Origin: Elsinoe ampelina
Taxonomy: Eukaryota
DNA: 64,000 nucleotides
Direction: 5' to 3'
NCBI GenBank assembly: GCA_010093995.1
Contig: ML992501.1
Coordinates: 1,456,566 to 1,520,565, forward strand
A model generated the notes under the pieces. It worked only from the letters and a program-made list of their open reading frames with translations, had not been told where the DNA came from and did not search any database. The position numbers were made by a program, and so were the translations under genes. Shown here in pieces: positions 37,444 through 49,256 of the stretch (the first letter of the stretch is position 1; every line of letters begins with the position of its first letter).

Positions 37444-39070
37444 TTACATCCACAGACACAACTTCCCACTCGCCGTCCCCGCCGCGATCCAGTCCTGTGT
37501 AGGATGGAATTGCGCCACAGCAGGCACAGCACTGATACCCTCCCCACCGAGCTGCGCCAATTGCTCTCCCTTGCTGGTATACACGTCCACGAAACGATTC
37601 ATGTTCCCAATGCAGAACCTCTGCACCCCATCTTGGGGCTGCATCTGCCACTGCGCGCGTAATCTATAGTCGTCAGCTATCCGTCTCACAACTACCAAGT
37701 CGAAGGGGAAAGAAAAGGGACACTCACATCGTCACCCATCTCCCCGTCTGGTTATTATGCGGCACTATGGTAGCAGGCACCATTTCCTCATCGCTCAACT
37801 CGTGGCCCGCCTTCCACTCCCCTGCTTTGCTAAAGTCGTAGATCTTCACCGTGTCGTCGTAGCTGGCCGTCGCTACTTGACCTGCGCTGTTGAACGCGGC
37901 ATGGGACACGCTGAGCTTGCTCTCGTGCGAGCCGATGAGTGCAGGGAGACGATTCTCCCCGCGGCCGGAGATCTTGCGGAGGTCCCAGAGTTTCAGGCAC
38001 CGGTCGAGTGATGCGGTGGCGAAGATGTGGTTATGGATCGGGTGGAGGGTGAAGCCGCCGATCTTCTTCTCGCTGAGCTGCATGAGGCCTTGGGATTGGG
38101 TTGCGGGTGTGCGCATGTCGTGAATGCCGAAGCGGCCCTCGAGGGAGGTGAAGTAGATCATGTTGGGGTCTGAGCGGGAGATTTCCACGCCGGACAGGGG
38201 CTCGTCGGCGTCTAGTTCGGGAGGAGCCCAGACTTCGACGGCAACGCCTTTATTGAGGTCCAATTTGCGGATGGAGGAGTCGTAGGATGCGGAGTAGAGG
38301 GATGTGGGGTCGGAGGGGTGGATCTGGAAGGCGGAGATGGTGCGTGTGTGGATCTTGAAGGAATTGACTTGGATTTCTGGTTCGTCGTGTTCTTCGTCGT
38401 CGTCTTCTGCTTTGACTGCTGCGAGAGATTGAGAGCCGTCGAATACACCGAGATTACCAAGCTTATCGCCTGCAAATACGAGGGGTTTGTCTGCCGAGGG
38501 GTGAAAGCCCATACTGTAGATGCGCTCTGGTGTGATCTTGATACGTGCAGGTGTAACATCTTCCCATAGTCCAAGCCCACTCATGCGCTCGCGCAGCTCT
38601 TTTAATTGCTTGTTGGTGGTCTCCTTCACATCCTGCTGATCGAAGGTTCTTTCGCCTGGATTGGCAGGGCCGAACCGGCGCATGAAGTTGCCACTCAGGT
38701 TCCAGTGTCCATCTCCACTGACGACGACATCTCCAAGATTGAGGTCGCCGCTCACACGCTGTCGCTTTGCCCGTTCCTGCTCGATATAAACCTGCCTCTC
38801 CTCCTCGGCTTTCTTCTGTGCTACTTCGCTGTCTGCGACAATGCCTCTAATGCGGGACGATGTCCTCGTTGGGACGATCTCTTTCTTGATCTTCTCTGGC
38901 TGTCTCTTGCGCTTTTGACCTGCAGATTGTGCTGGCTTGCTGGCCTTTTTTGGTCCGAGTCCTGAGGCCGCAGCATCGAGCTGTAGCTGCTGCAGGAGTG
39001 CTTTGTTCTTTGCGATGTTCTCTTGCCTCTGCCTTTCGTAGTCGCTGATCTCGACCCCAGCCTTCGCCAT
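37444..39070 (-). CDS. CMR1: WD40 DNA damage-binding protein CMR1 (WDR76); intron ~37665..37727
   Basis: [34 protein letters not shown] repeats, [10 protein letters not shown] and GTASGK. Confidence 0.93.
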
Positions 39071-39173
39071 GATTGCTGGGGAAGCCTGCTTGAGCAATTG
39101 GTGTCCAAGGTGAGTAATGTGAAGTTGACATCCAGGGTGATGATGTCAACCCCAGAAATTGGTTCAAATTGAA

Positions 39174-39202
39174 ACGCGACTCCACGCGATCTGATCGCGA
39201 AA
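39174..39202. promoter_or_regulatory. MCB/SCB-like elements upstream of CMR1
   Basis: ACGCGA 39174-39179 and 39184-39189; CGCGAAA 39196-39202. Confidence 0.55.
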
Positions 39203-39321
39203 AGCACGAGCCACATTTTGAGATCTCTTCCATCAAGCTTGTCGGCGCTTATTTATCATCTACCACCAGTTGACGATATCGGCGTGACCAATGTGCTGTG
39301 CTGGTAGAAAGTGTCATTCGA

Positions 39322-40887
39322 ATGCTGCTGACTTCGAAGGGTTTCCGGTCTGAACGGCTCTGTCTGCAGGTATGGCGACTCGAGCAACGCCGCCACCGCG
39401 GGCTGGACTATATGACATCAGACTTCAGGAAGAGACATGAAAAGAGACTTGAAAAGAAGGAGAGGCGAGCGAAAGAACAAGCTGAACCACCTGGATCAGC
39501 TGAACCACCTGGATCTTTTCGGGGTCCCCAAAACGACTCAAAGGGTTTTCAGAAGAACAGGGATGTGGACCACCCGTTCAAGGATGAGGTCCGCATCTGG
39601 AGACACTATGCTCATACGCCAAAAGGATACGAGCCGGACTTGACAGATAAGAGCACTTTGCCTCGATCGGAGCGGAACTCTGCGAGCCACGATCCCGGAG
39701 ATATCACGCGCGAGAAGAGAGCGTTCAATATTTTGCGCGACAAGCTACCCTCTGAGAAGGGCGATCCATCTCCAGGTACTCCTAATCAATCGTCCGGCAA
39801 ATGGGAATTCGGTGAACGCAGCAGTGCAGGTGGTGCTATTCCTTTTGACAATCTGGCCAAAGATTACCCCTCCCGAAGTGAAGACTCCAGCATGACCCGA
39901 CGTGAACAGAGTACGCTCAGGAAACTGCAAAAGAAGAGTGCACCGGCTGCTATCGCCACACGATCACCTTCTGCAGTGCTTATGAAAGAGAAGCCGCCAC
40001 CAGCCAAGAGACCGACCTCCGTCTTAGATGCTCTGTTGGATGATATCAAGGCCAAGGAGAGGTTCAGCGCATCTTCCCGCTCGCCTCGACCGCGCAAAAG
40101 CGCAGATCTACCCGACCTCAATACGACCGTGGAGGAGGTGCAAAGTCGACGCAAAAGCATCCGTATCCAACAAGAAGAGCAGCACAAGGTAATTTCGAGA
40201 AATCTGTCGAAAGCGCAAGACGACTTTGAGGTCTGGAAGATTCTACAAGAAGACATCTTGAAGCCAGTCGCCGACATGCATCTGGATGACCCAAGAGTCA
40301 ATCATGATTCGATCGAGACGGCCAAAGGACGCAAGAAACCCATCCCTACAATGGAGACATTTGGCAACAACTTTGCCTCGCAAGTCAGAACAGCAGCTGC
40401 CACTCTGAGAAACCACTTCCCCACCTCTCAGATTAGAGGCATCATTATCCCAGAGCTGCGGAAACTAGGGCCGACTGCGTTTGCGCTCGGAGCTAGTACC
40501 GGTCTCTACAATGAAATGCTCAACTACGTGGCTCTGCAAATGGAGGACTACACAGCGACCTTGGACCTACTGAACGAGATGGAGCGAGAAGTCATCGAGC
40601 CAAATCACATGACGCTGGAAATTCTCCTGAAGCAGAGACGTTTCCAGAACAACTTCAGGAAGGGCAAGTATGGGCATGGTGCGAGGATTGCGTTGATGAC
40701 GACAAGTCGGCAATTGGCTGTCATACAGGAGATCGGACAGAAACTGAGGGACATGGTGGCTTACTTGCAGGCAAAAGGACCCGGCGAGGATGTTGGGCCG
40801 TTGACTCTGCAAGTCGTCAGCGATGGGAAGCTCCAAGATCGCGCGATCGATGCAGAGCAGGAAGCCATATCACCCGCTGAATTATGA
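39322..40887 (+). CDS. Mtf2-like mitochondrial protein (C-terminal Mtf2 domain)
   Basis: Long single ORF; basic presequence; C-terminal DFEVWKIL...FP.S...IIPELRKLG..AFALGAST.LYN motif, as in fungal Mtf2-like proteins. Confidence 0.7.
   Translation: MLLTSKGFRSERLCLQVWRLEQRRHRGLDYMTSDFRKRHEKRLEKKERRAKEQAEPPGSAEPPGSFRGPQNDSKGFQKNRDVDHPFKDEVRIWRHYAHTPKGYEPDLTDKSTLPRSERNSASHDPGDITREKRAFNILRDKLPSEKGDPSPGTPNQSSGKWEFGERSSAGGAIPFDNLAKDYPSRSEDSSMTRREQSTLRKLQKKSAPAAIATRSPSAVLMKEKPPPAKRPTSVLDALLDDIKAKERFSASSRSPRPRKSADLPDLNTTVEEVQSRRKSIRIQQEEQHKVISRNLSKAQDDFEVWKILQEDILKPVADMHLDDPRVNHDSIETAKGRKKPIPTMETFGNNFASQVRTAAATLRNHFPTSQIRGIIIPELRKLGPTAFALGASTGLYNEMLNYVALQMEDYTATLDLLNEMEREVIEPNHMTLEILLKQRRFQNNFRKGKYGHGARIALMTTSRQLAVIQEIGQKLRDMVAYLQAKGPGEDVGPLTLQVVSDGKLQDRAIDAEQEAISPAEL
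39480..39515 (+). repeat. 18-bp in-frame tandem duplication (AEPPGS x2)
   Basis: agctgaaccacctggatc repeated twice exactly. Confidence 0.9.
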
Positions 40888-40937
40888 TGTATATCTAGAT
40901 ACCCCTACTCTTGTACTATATGTATATGATTTGATCT

Positions 40938-43115
40938 CTAGCTGAGCAGAACTTTTATCTCATCGCCTGTTCTAGGGAAGACGTCTCTCAGAAACGTGCG
41001 GTCTTCCTCGTCCTTCTCCTCCTTCTCCTTCATCAATTGCTCGTCAACCAAATCTAGCATCCTCTCGACACCCTCGAACATCTCCACAAAATCGTCCGCC
41101 GCTTCTTCGCAGATGGCTCGCGCGAGAGCACGGTCTTTCAAGTTGCCAATGTACGCTCTAGCGTCCTCGATCGATGTCGGCAAGAAAGCATCCAACTGCT
41201 GCGCCACCTCACCCAGCTTATCCTCCTGCAATACTTCTAAGCTCCTCACCTTCCCCAGATCCAAGCCCTCATCGTTCTCCAACCACGGCTTCAACGTAAC
41301 GAACACCTCACCCATACCCGACTCCCGCACGATCCACTCCCTCACCAACTCCACCGCCCGCCCCTTCAACCCCTCCATCAACCCCTCCACCCTCTCCGCC
41401 CTCCCTCTCACATAGCCCAACCCTCTCACCACCTCCCCCACCCTCCCAAAACAATTCAACCCAAACACCACCCTCTCCACCCCCTCCAACCTCCTCCCCA
41501 CATTCTCCACCCCATCCAGATACGGATCCAACGCCTCCTTGACCACCGCCTCGAACCCCTCTTCCTTCTCTTCCCTCCCCACTTGCCTCGTGAAACTCGC
41601 CTCAAAACTCTTCGCCAACTTCCCGAACGTCACCAGCGCTTCTTCCAACCACTCCGGCACTCCCAGATCGTTGCCGATGCCATCGATCTCGTTGCGGAGA
41701 CTGGAGATGTGGTCCCTCGTCACAAGGCGGAATTGATCCATGCCCATCTCGCTCAGTGGCGTGAGAGCGGCAGCGACAGTGCTCTCCTTGCCCAGGAGAG
41801 GGATGAAGACGTCGCGGTAGAAAGCGCAGAGGTTGGCCACTTGGTACGCAAGCAGGGCGTCCTCGTGGCTGCGCACGGTCTGGTCGATGCGTTGACGGAG
41901 ATGGCGGAGGACCCCGGCCAGATCGCGGTCGATGAGCGAGGAAAGGGCCTGGGTGCCGTCGAAGGCGGAGTCGGGGGCGGAAGGGTCGGAGAGCCATGGC
42001 TGGGCGTCGCGGCCTGCTTTGAGCAAGGCGGAGATGGCGTCCGCGTCGGAGCCGGAGATGAAGAGGTTGGAGAGGGCTTCGCGTTCGCCGACCGCGGCGG
42101 CGTGGAGCCAGGCTAGCATGTCTGAGACGTAGCGGAGGGGTTCGTGGGCGGAGAGCTCGATGGGTTTGGTGGGGATGGTGGAGATGGCGGGAGTGGCGTG
42201 GCCGGTGAGGGCGGCGTGGAAGGCGTCCGCGAGGGTGCGTTCGCGGCTTTCGGCGAAGAAGTCGAGGCAGGATTGGAACAGTTGGGGCCGTTCGGCGAGG
42301 ATGCGGAAGGCTTGGCGGATGGGGGTGGAGAGGTGAGGGTTTTCGAGGTCGAGGTCGCGGAGGGAGCGTTGTGTCCAGCGGAATAGTTTTTGATAGGCAG
42401 AGTTGAGGGTTCGGGACGTGTCTTCGAGGACCTCGAGACCGAGGGTTTGGTCTTCGCTGCCGAGGAGGACTTGACTGTCGTTGTGGATTTGCTTCAGGCG
42501 GCCAAGGGCGGTATAGAATGTGTTGTCGATTGGCAGGGCCGTCGAAGTTAGAGCATTCAATTCGATCTCGGACAGTACGAAGTGCTTGTTGAAGGCCTCC
42601 AGAAGCTGTCGTTTGGTTTCTGCCTCGTGTCGTTGAGCAGTCAAGCTTTTATTCTCATCCAGCATAGGGGCGGTTTCCTTCCGAGCGGCATTGACGTGTG
42701 TACGGATGTTCGAGCATGTCTTGTTTAGAGTGTCCAAAGCAGCACCTACGCGTCTCAATTGCTATTTGATATCAGAGAACAGTCACAACGCATGGCCTGG
42801 GGATACTACCTCGGCGACTTGGCCAAAGTCCTTGACGACTTCTCCATTACAGGCTATGAGTTCTTGTTGAAGGTCTAGCCGTAGATTCCTTCTCGTCTCG
42901 GCAGTGTTCTTGATCCCACGGCTATCGAGGGTTTGTAAAGCATCACTGATCTCGATATCGGCATATGATGCGGATAGAATTGTTGCAATGCGCGTTTGCA
43001 GAGCATTTGCTCTGCTTGGTGCGGACCCAGGCGTTACAGGCACTGGCGGTGAGAAGAGTGGTGAAGCAGCATTGGATGATGGTCGACGATCAGCAGCGAA
43101 GTAGCTCGATGACAT
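40938..43115 (-). CDS. COG6: Conserved oligomeric Golgi complex subunit 6; intron ~42763..42809
   Basis: [66 protein letters not shown]. Confidence 0.93.
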
Positions 43116-43922
43116 GGCTGTAGCACTGATGGCTTGATCATCAAGATGGAGCCAGAAATGACAGTGTTTGGCGACGGAAGCGAGAACGAAATTCTCGCAT
43201 CTCTGCGTGAACGTTGACGAAGCTGATCGCTTCTCCCACAATAATTTGCGTGAGAATCACGCGACTACAACATCAAAGCCATACATTTCACGATCACATA
43301 GCAAGTACATTGCAGATCATCAGAGCCTATCTTTCCCACCAGTTACTGCGTAGAATCTGTAGAGGTGGTCCTGGAAACTTGGATAACTGTAGTCACTTCC
43401 AGCGAAGCTGACCTTTCCTTTCGGTCCAATCATGCCAAACGCCTACAAGCTAGAAGATATCCGGCCAGTCCGATAAAACAACCCCACCAAGTGTTTGTCA
43501 GATACAGATTGCTGGTGAAGATCGAGATGTCTCTTCCCTCATGGCCCTTGGCCGGAAACGTGGAGCACGCAGTTCCGGGGCAGGGGCGGGGTCAGCCAAG
43601 ACATGGTGGGAATCCGGAGGCGTTTCCGGGTGGCGGCAATCCCTCACCAGCACGAGAAGCAGTTTGCGGAGCCTACTACCAATTCACGCTGGCCTCAGTC
43701 ACTAGAGTGTGATCTTAGGCATGCTTGGAGCTAGATTTGCCGAGCACCGCGACAGCGATGTGCCCCAAATCGGTTGCCGTACAGCCGTCTTTGCTTATCC
43801 GAGATCAACCGGATTAATTATGGCACTCTCTCGATGCACAACACTAGTGTCTATTGCATAGTTATACTTCTACAACGTCAGTGTCCTATGTTTGGGCTCA
43901 ATCACTACCACACATCGCCAGG

Positions 43923-46900
43923 ATGATTCAGACTGTTACATCCACCGCGACCCAGCAAAGTGCTGGTCGCCTGTACATCAAGAGCGAAGAGCCGCTCTAC
44001 ACCATCGATGAGCTGATCAAGCGAAGAGCATCAGAATTACGAGACTCAACACTTCTCGCATATCCAAAGACCGGACTCTGTGACTTTGAAGAGCACTCAG
44101 CAAATGCCGTGGACCGGTACATCGATGCTGCGGTGGCGACCTTACAGACGAGAGGTTTGAAACCAGCTGTGAGTATCACTCCCGATCGCAAGTTGCAAAG
44201 CTAATAGACTCAATAGGACTCGCGGCTACAGCAAGCTCCAGTTATTGCCATTCTCGCACATTCTAGCTTCCACTTCATCATCACACTCCTGGCCCTCAAC
44301 CGGTTGGGATACGCTGCTCTGCTACTATCACCACGGCTGGCAAGTCCTGCCATGGGATCATTACTGGACCAGTCACAATGTCGAATTGTTCTTTCCACGG
44401 CCAGCTTCGAGGCAGTCCTGGGTGAGGTACGGCGCGATCGAGATCTGACAGTGCTGGATATGTTGAAGCACGAAGACTATCGGCAGTCAAGTGCTGCTCC
44501 TTTCTCGCGGCCATACGACCCTCTCCGGGAGAACCCAAAGTGGGCTGTCATCATCCATTCTTCTGGCTCGACCGGCATGCCAAAACCTATCTACCTCACC
44601 CATCGAAGCTGTCTCGGAGCTTTCGCTCTGAATCTTGATCGGAGATCGTTGATGACGCAGCCATTGTTTCACAGTTTCGGCTTCTACGAGACATTCCGAG
44701 CCGTATACTCGGGAAAGCCAATGTACTACTACAATTACGACCTACCCGTCACTAAACAGAATCTCATTGTTACCATCGCCCACGTCAAACCCGACCTTTT
44801 TTTCTGTGTACCATACATTCTCAAGCTCCTTGGAGAATCAGAAGAGGGCATACAGGCGCTCGCTTCTATAGATCTGATTCTTTGGGGTGGTAGTGCTTGC
44901 CCTGACGCACTTGGCGATGCCTTGGTCCAGCGGGGCGTTAACATTGCGGGCAATTATGGAGCGTGAGTGAAGCGAGTTCCATAGCAGAATCGCGGCTGAC
45001 AAGGCTTAGTACCGAGACCGGAAGAATGATGACCTCTGTTCGTCCACGAGATGACCTGCTATGGAGCTACATGCGCATTCTGCCGCAAACTCAGCCACAT
45101 GTGCTTATGGATGAGATCGCACCAGGGATCTATGAAGCTGTTGCATTGGAAAGCCTCAAATCGAGAAGTACAATCAATTCCGACAACCCACCGAATTCCT
45201 TCAGGACTAAGGATCTCTTCACGAAGCATCCATCAATACCGAACCGATGGAAGTTCGTCTCCCGTCTGGACGACCGTTTGACTTTGTACAATGGGGAGAA
45301 AATCTTGCCTATCCCTATCGAAGGTAACATCCGCAAGTCACCTCTTGTGTCAGAGGCGGTAGTGTACGGAGATGGCAAAACTATACCTGGTCTCATTATT
45401 GTGCGATCTACGGAGTCTGCACAAGTATCAGACAAGGAATACCTCGACATGATCTGGCCAACGATTGAAGAAGCGAATGCGAACGCTGAGAGCTTCTCGA
45501 GGATTCCACGCGAGCTGGTCATTGTCCTTCCTGCAGACACGACATATGCACGAACCGATAAGGGCACCTTCATTCGTGCTCAAGTCTATGCTCAATTCAA
45601 GGATATGATTGAGGCGGCATACACCGATTTCGAAACAGGGACCGATGATTCAGTGACTAAGGTCTCGTTATCAATTTCAGAGCTGGAGACGTTCCTTCAA
45701 CAGAAATTTGCAGAGCACCTTGGAGTGGAGCTTCCGTCACTGCAATCCGACTTCTTCGCTTTCGGAATTGACAGCTTGCAGTGCATCAAGATGTGGAGCT
45801 TGATGAAGAAGGAGATCGACCTTGGTGGCAACCAGGCACAGCTCGGACAGAACGTACTCTATGAGACTGGCAATATCGAAGGTTTAGCCCGTCATCTCTC
45901 CGCTCTCAAGACTGGAGAGAAAGAAGACTCCAAGGATGCATACCGAGTCATGGAAGATCTTGTCGAGAAGTATTCTTACTTCGAGAAGCACAATCAGCAA
46001 CAAGACTCCTCATCTGAAGGAGAGGTGATTGTTCTCACTGGTGCGACTGGAGGTCTCGGAGCGCATCTTCTCGCACAGCTCGTTCGCAAACCAAATGTCC
46101 GGTCAGTCTGGGCACTCACTCGTGCATCATCAGATGGAATCGCCCTCAGCAGGACTCTGCAGAGTCTCAAGACCCGCGACATCAAGCTCACTTCGGAAGA
46201 GCTCAGTAAAGTCGTAGCCGTCCCGGCCGACCTGAGCAAACCAGACTTCGGCCTCGGCGCAGAGCGATACGAGGATCTCCGCTCGAAAGTCACCTCCATC
46301 ATCCACAGCGCATGGGCGGTGAATTTCAATCTCGCTGTTCAGAGCTTCGAAGACCAACACATCAAAGCTGTTCGAACCTTCATCAACTTCTGCCAATCCA
46401 CCACTCATGGCCGCCCAGCCCGTTTCTTCTTCTGTTCTTCCGTCTCCTCCACAGGTGGCACCCCACGACCAGACACAGTCCCCGAGACGCCCGTCCGCTC
46501 CATTTCACATGTCCAAGGCACCGGCTACGCACGCTCGAAGTACGTGGCCGAGACCATTGTCCGCAACGCTGCTCGGTTGGTCGGAGCTGACGCTCGGGTC
46601 CTCCGTATTGGGCAACTAGTCGGCGACAGCACAGTCGGCGAGTGGAACATAACCGAGGGCATCCCTCTGATGATTCAAACAGCTCAAACTCTTGGCGCAC
46701 TTCCCATGCTAGATGAAACCATGACTTGGCTCCCGGTCGACACAGCAGCGAGCATCATCATCGATCTTGTGGAAAGTGGCTCCTCCGTCGACCCAGAGAA
46801 GGTCTACCACGTTCTCAACCCTGCTTCTTTCCACTGGACAAACGACATGCTTCCCGCTTTCCGTGCCGCCGGGCTAGATTTCGAGGCGCTGCCAACCCCT

Positions 46901-47152
46901 GAATGGATGGATCGACTCCGCAACTCGGAGAGAGATCCGGAGAAGAACCCACCGATCAAGCTGTTGGATTGGTTCGAGAGCAAGTATGGTGCTGGAGCTG
47001 CGGCGAAGCCCAAGGGCCCGTTGGTGTACGAGACTAGGGAGACAGGAATGGAGAGTGAAACAATCGGGAGGGTACCGGACGTCACTGATGCGGAATATGT
47101 TGGAAAGGTTGTTCAGCGGCTGAAGGCTGCTTGGGATAGGAAGCGGGCATGA
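43923..47152 (+). CDS. NRPS-like carboxylic-acid reductase (A-T-R); introns ~44169..44216 and ~44963..45009
   Basis: IIHSSGSTGMPKP (A3), NYGA|TETG, RTKDLF, RLDD; carrier DFFAFGIDSL; reductase LTGATGGLG, IIHSAW.VNF, GYARSK, RIGQ. Confidence 0.93.
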
Positions 47153-47823
47153 ACTTAACGAACGGACATTCGGTGCATGGCGCACGCCAAGACTTGGTTG
47201 ATGGAGTCAGGCTCTCATTTGGAACCTCAAGGTAAAGGATAGATCCCAGTTCATATCATTCATCCTTATTCAGGTGGGCTCACCTTCTCATCATGTGCTA
47301 CCAAGTGGCCAAGTCCATCATGGCAGGCTCGTGGCATCGACCATGACTGCTGTCATGATCCTGGATCTCTGAGACAACGTGGCTCCATGCCTACAATTCC
47401 ATTCTGGATCTACACGTCCAAGGCCCTTCCAGTACTGTATGGCCAGGCATTCTGATCCACTTCATCTCTGTTTCATTCGTCCTCTACGTCAACGAATTGG
47501 TCCCGGGTCACCGATATTCAAGCTTGCTACTACCAGATGCAGGGGCTCATTCGGACGGAGCATGCCCTATAGGCGGTCGACCAGAGAAGATCAATCCCGT
47601 TGTCATGACATGGGACTAACTCTACCTCTTACGCCTATTCAACGCTCAATGATCGACAGGATCCACGCATCATGCTGCACACAAGCAAAAAAATTCATCC
47701 TTACTTATTCTGAAACAACACCCCCTGCATCGATCATTGTCAGCGATGATCACCTCCTCAGCACGGCAAGCACACGTGACTATCTCAACCTGACTAAGCA
47801 CTAAATTCTTCCAGCAAAGTGGC

Positions 47824-48055
47824 AAAAAAGCTCTTACTCATCTGCTCGACTCGGCCGTTGTACCAGGGCTTCTCCTCTCTTTACTGCATCGCACATTAAT
47901 TTGTGGTGCTATGAAGTGAGGAGAACTTGATTTGAACCCGGGGTCTTTGCTCTGTGTCAGAGCTACGCCGAACAGATGATGGCCCAAACTCGGTCGACTG
48001 CTTTTAAGGGCAGAAGACTTGGTTTTGACTACTTAACCACTTGAGCTACGCTCGC
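47824..48055 (-). ncRNA. tRNA-like, Pol III-type structured RNA locus (~230 nt), identity unknown; alternatively a tRNA pseudogene or SINE
   Basis: On the minus strand: TATATAAT (48091-48098), tRNA-like 5' end GCGAGCG-TAGCTCAAGTGG (A box 48037-48048), GGTTCAAATC (B box 47929-47938), T6 terminator (47824-47829), and several perfect helices. Confidence 0.6.
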
Positions 48056-49077
48056 GGGGTTGTTCGATGGGGGACGGAGGACGAAGTAGCATTATATAGT
48101 TATGCTTCTTGGGGGAGGACTTTGTGGCATGTGAGAACGGGTGAGTTGGGAGGGTGTGCATGTGGTAAGCCTTTTCTATTACACTTGAATACTTATTGGC
48201 AAGATCACTTTTGAGGCCTCACATGAGTGGCTATCCGACGATCTTCATCTCACACGATCTTTGCGACATACTTCACACCGCACATCATATATCGAGCATA
48301 TTGAATATGTGTCTCTGATCTTGGACTTCATCACAGATATCGCTGTAAGTAACACGGCTGAACTCCAATCACTGTCACCTGGTCATCGCTGACATCTCTG
48401 TCAGTGATCGGATTACCATTATCATTACAGAACGGTTCGCCACTATAATCTCGATGTGCAGAATCAAGCCCATACAGCCGAAAGCGATCACACTTTGCGT
48501 GATGGTTTCCGGTCGATCAGCATAATACTCGATCTTTGTTCCACCACCGGGCCGACTATAACACAGACCGAGCAGGGTCAGCATGTCAGGCAGTTCTTGA
48601 TTGCTAGGATAACTCTTCAAGGATCACCGGAGGTAGACGGCTCGCATTACAGTCGGAATAAAAGCAACGTCACAGCTTTGTATTACCACGTTCGAAAGAT
48701 ACTAAGGTTATCGTATACCTACCACACCGGGGAACGCAGGGGACTGAAGCCTGAGTGGCAGGATTGTCGCACCGGCCCTCCTAATACTGTACTAGGGTCA
48801 CAACTTCAGATATCACTTCTTCGCAGCACGGTAGCCCCTCAAAAGTGAGTCCTGATCGACACGACGATAATTAGAGAGCCTCACTCATTGACCAGGGGAT
48901 TGAACTTCACGCCAACGCCGAAACCAGGACATATGCTCCAAGCTATTTGATGGAAAACCTTCATCTCACCCTTCACATCTCAATTTGGCCTGATACGCGG
49001 ATTTGACAGCAGATTCAAGTGACGGAGAAGATGTGCGTATCACGAGAGAGTCAAAGATTCATCCTTGGGGCTCAACG

Positions 49078-49124
49078 CCGATACTCTTGATTAGCACACC
49101 GATACTCTTGATTAGCACACCGAT
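49078..49124 (+). repeat. 21-bp tandem duplication
   Basis: ccgatactcttgattagcaca x2 plus a partial third copy. Confidence 0.9.
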
Positions 49125-49256
49125 CACGATCTACCCAGCCCAAAGGTGCTTGAATGCGTTGAACTCACCCTTAATACCTAGGTATGTCAGTCCCATCACA
49201 GTATTGCGACATTGGACCTCATTCTGATCACAAACATATAGTCCCAACGCTCACTT

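Noticed and set aside
47916..48055. Functional tRNA (Leu-TAA or ochre suppressor, from the CTGC-CCTTAAAA-GCAG hairpin)
   Set aside because: The D stem, T stem and acceptor stem do not pair, and the hairpin is not at the anticodon position; only the promoter boxes are tRNA-like.
47824..48055. RNase P/MRP, U6, U5, SRP, 5S or hammerhead ribozyme identity
   Set aside because: The diagnostic motifs (CR-I/CR-V with closing P1, ACAGAGA, U5 loop, SRP helix 8, CUGAUGA+GAAA) are absent or only partially mimicked.
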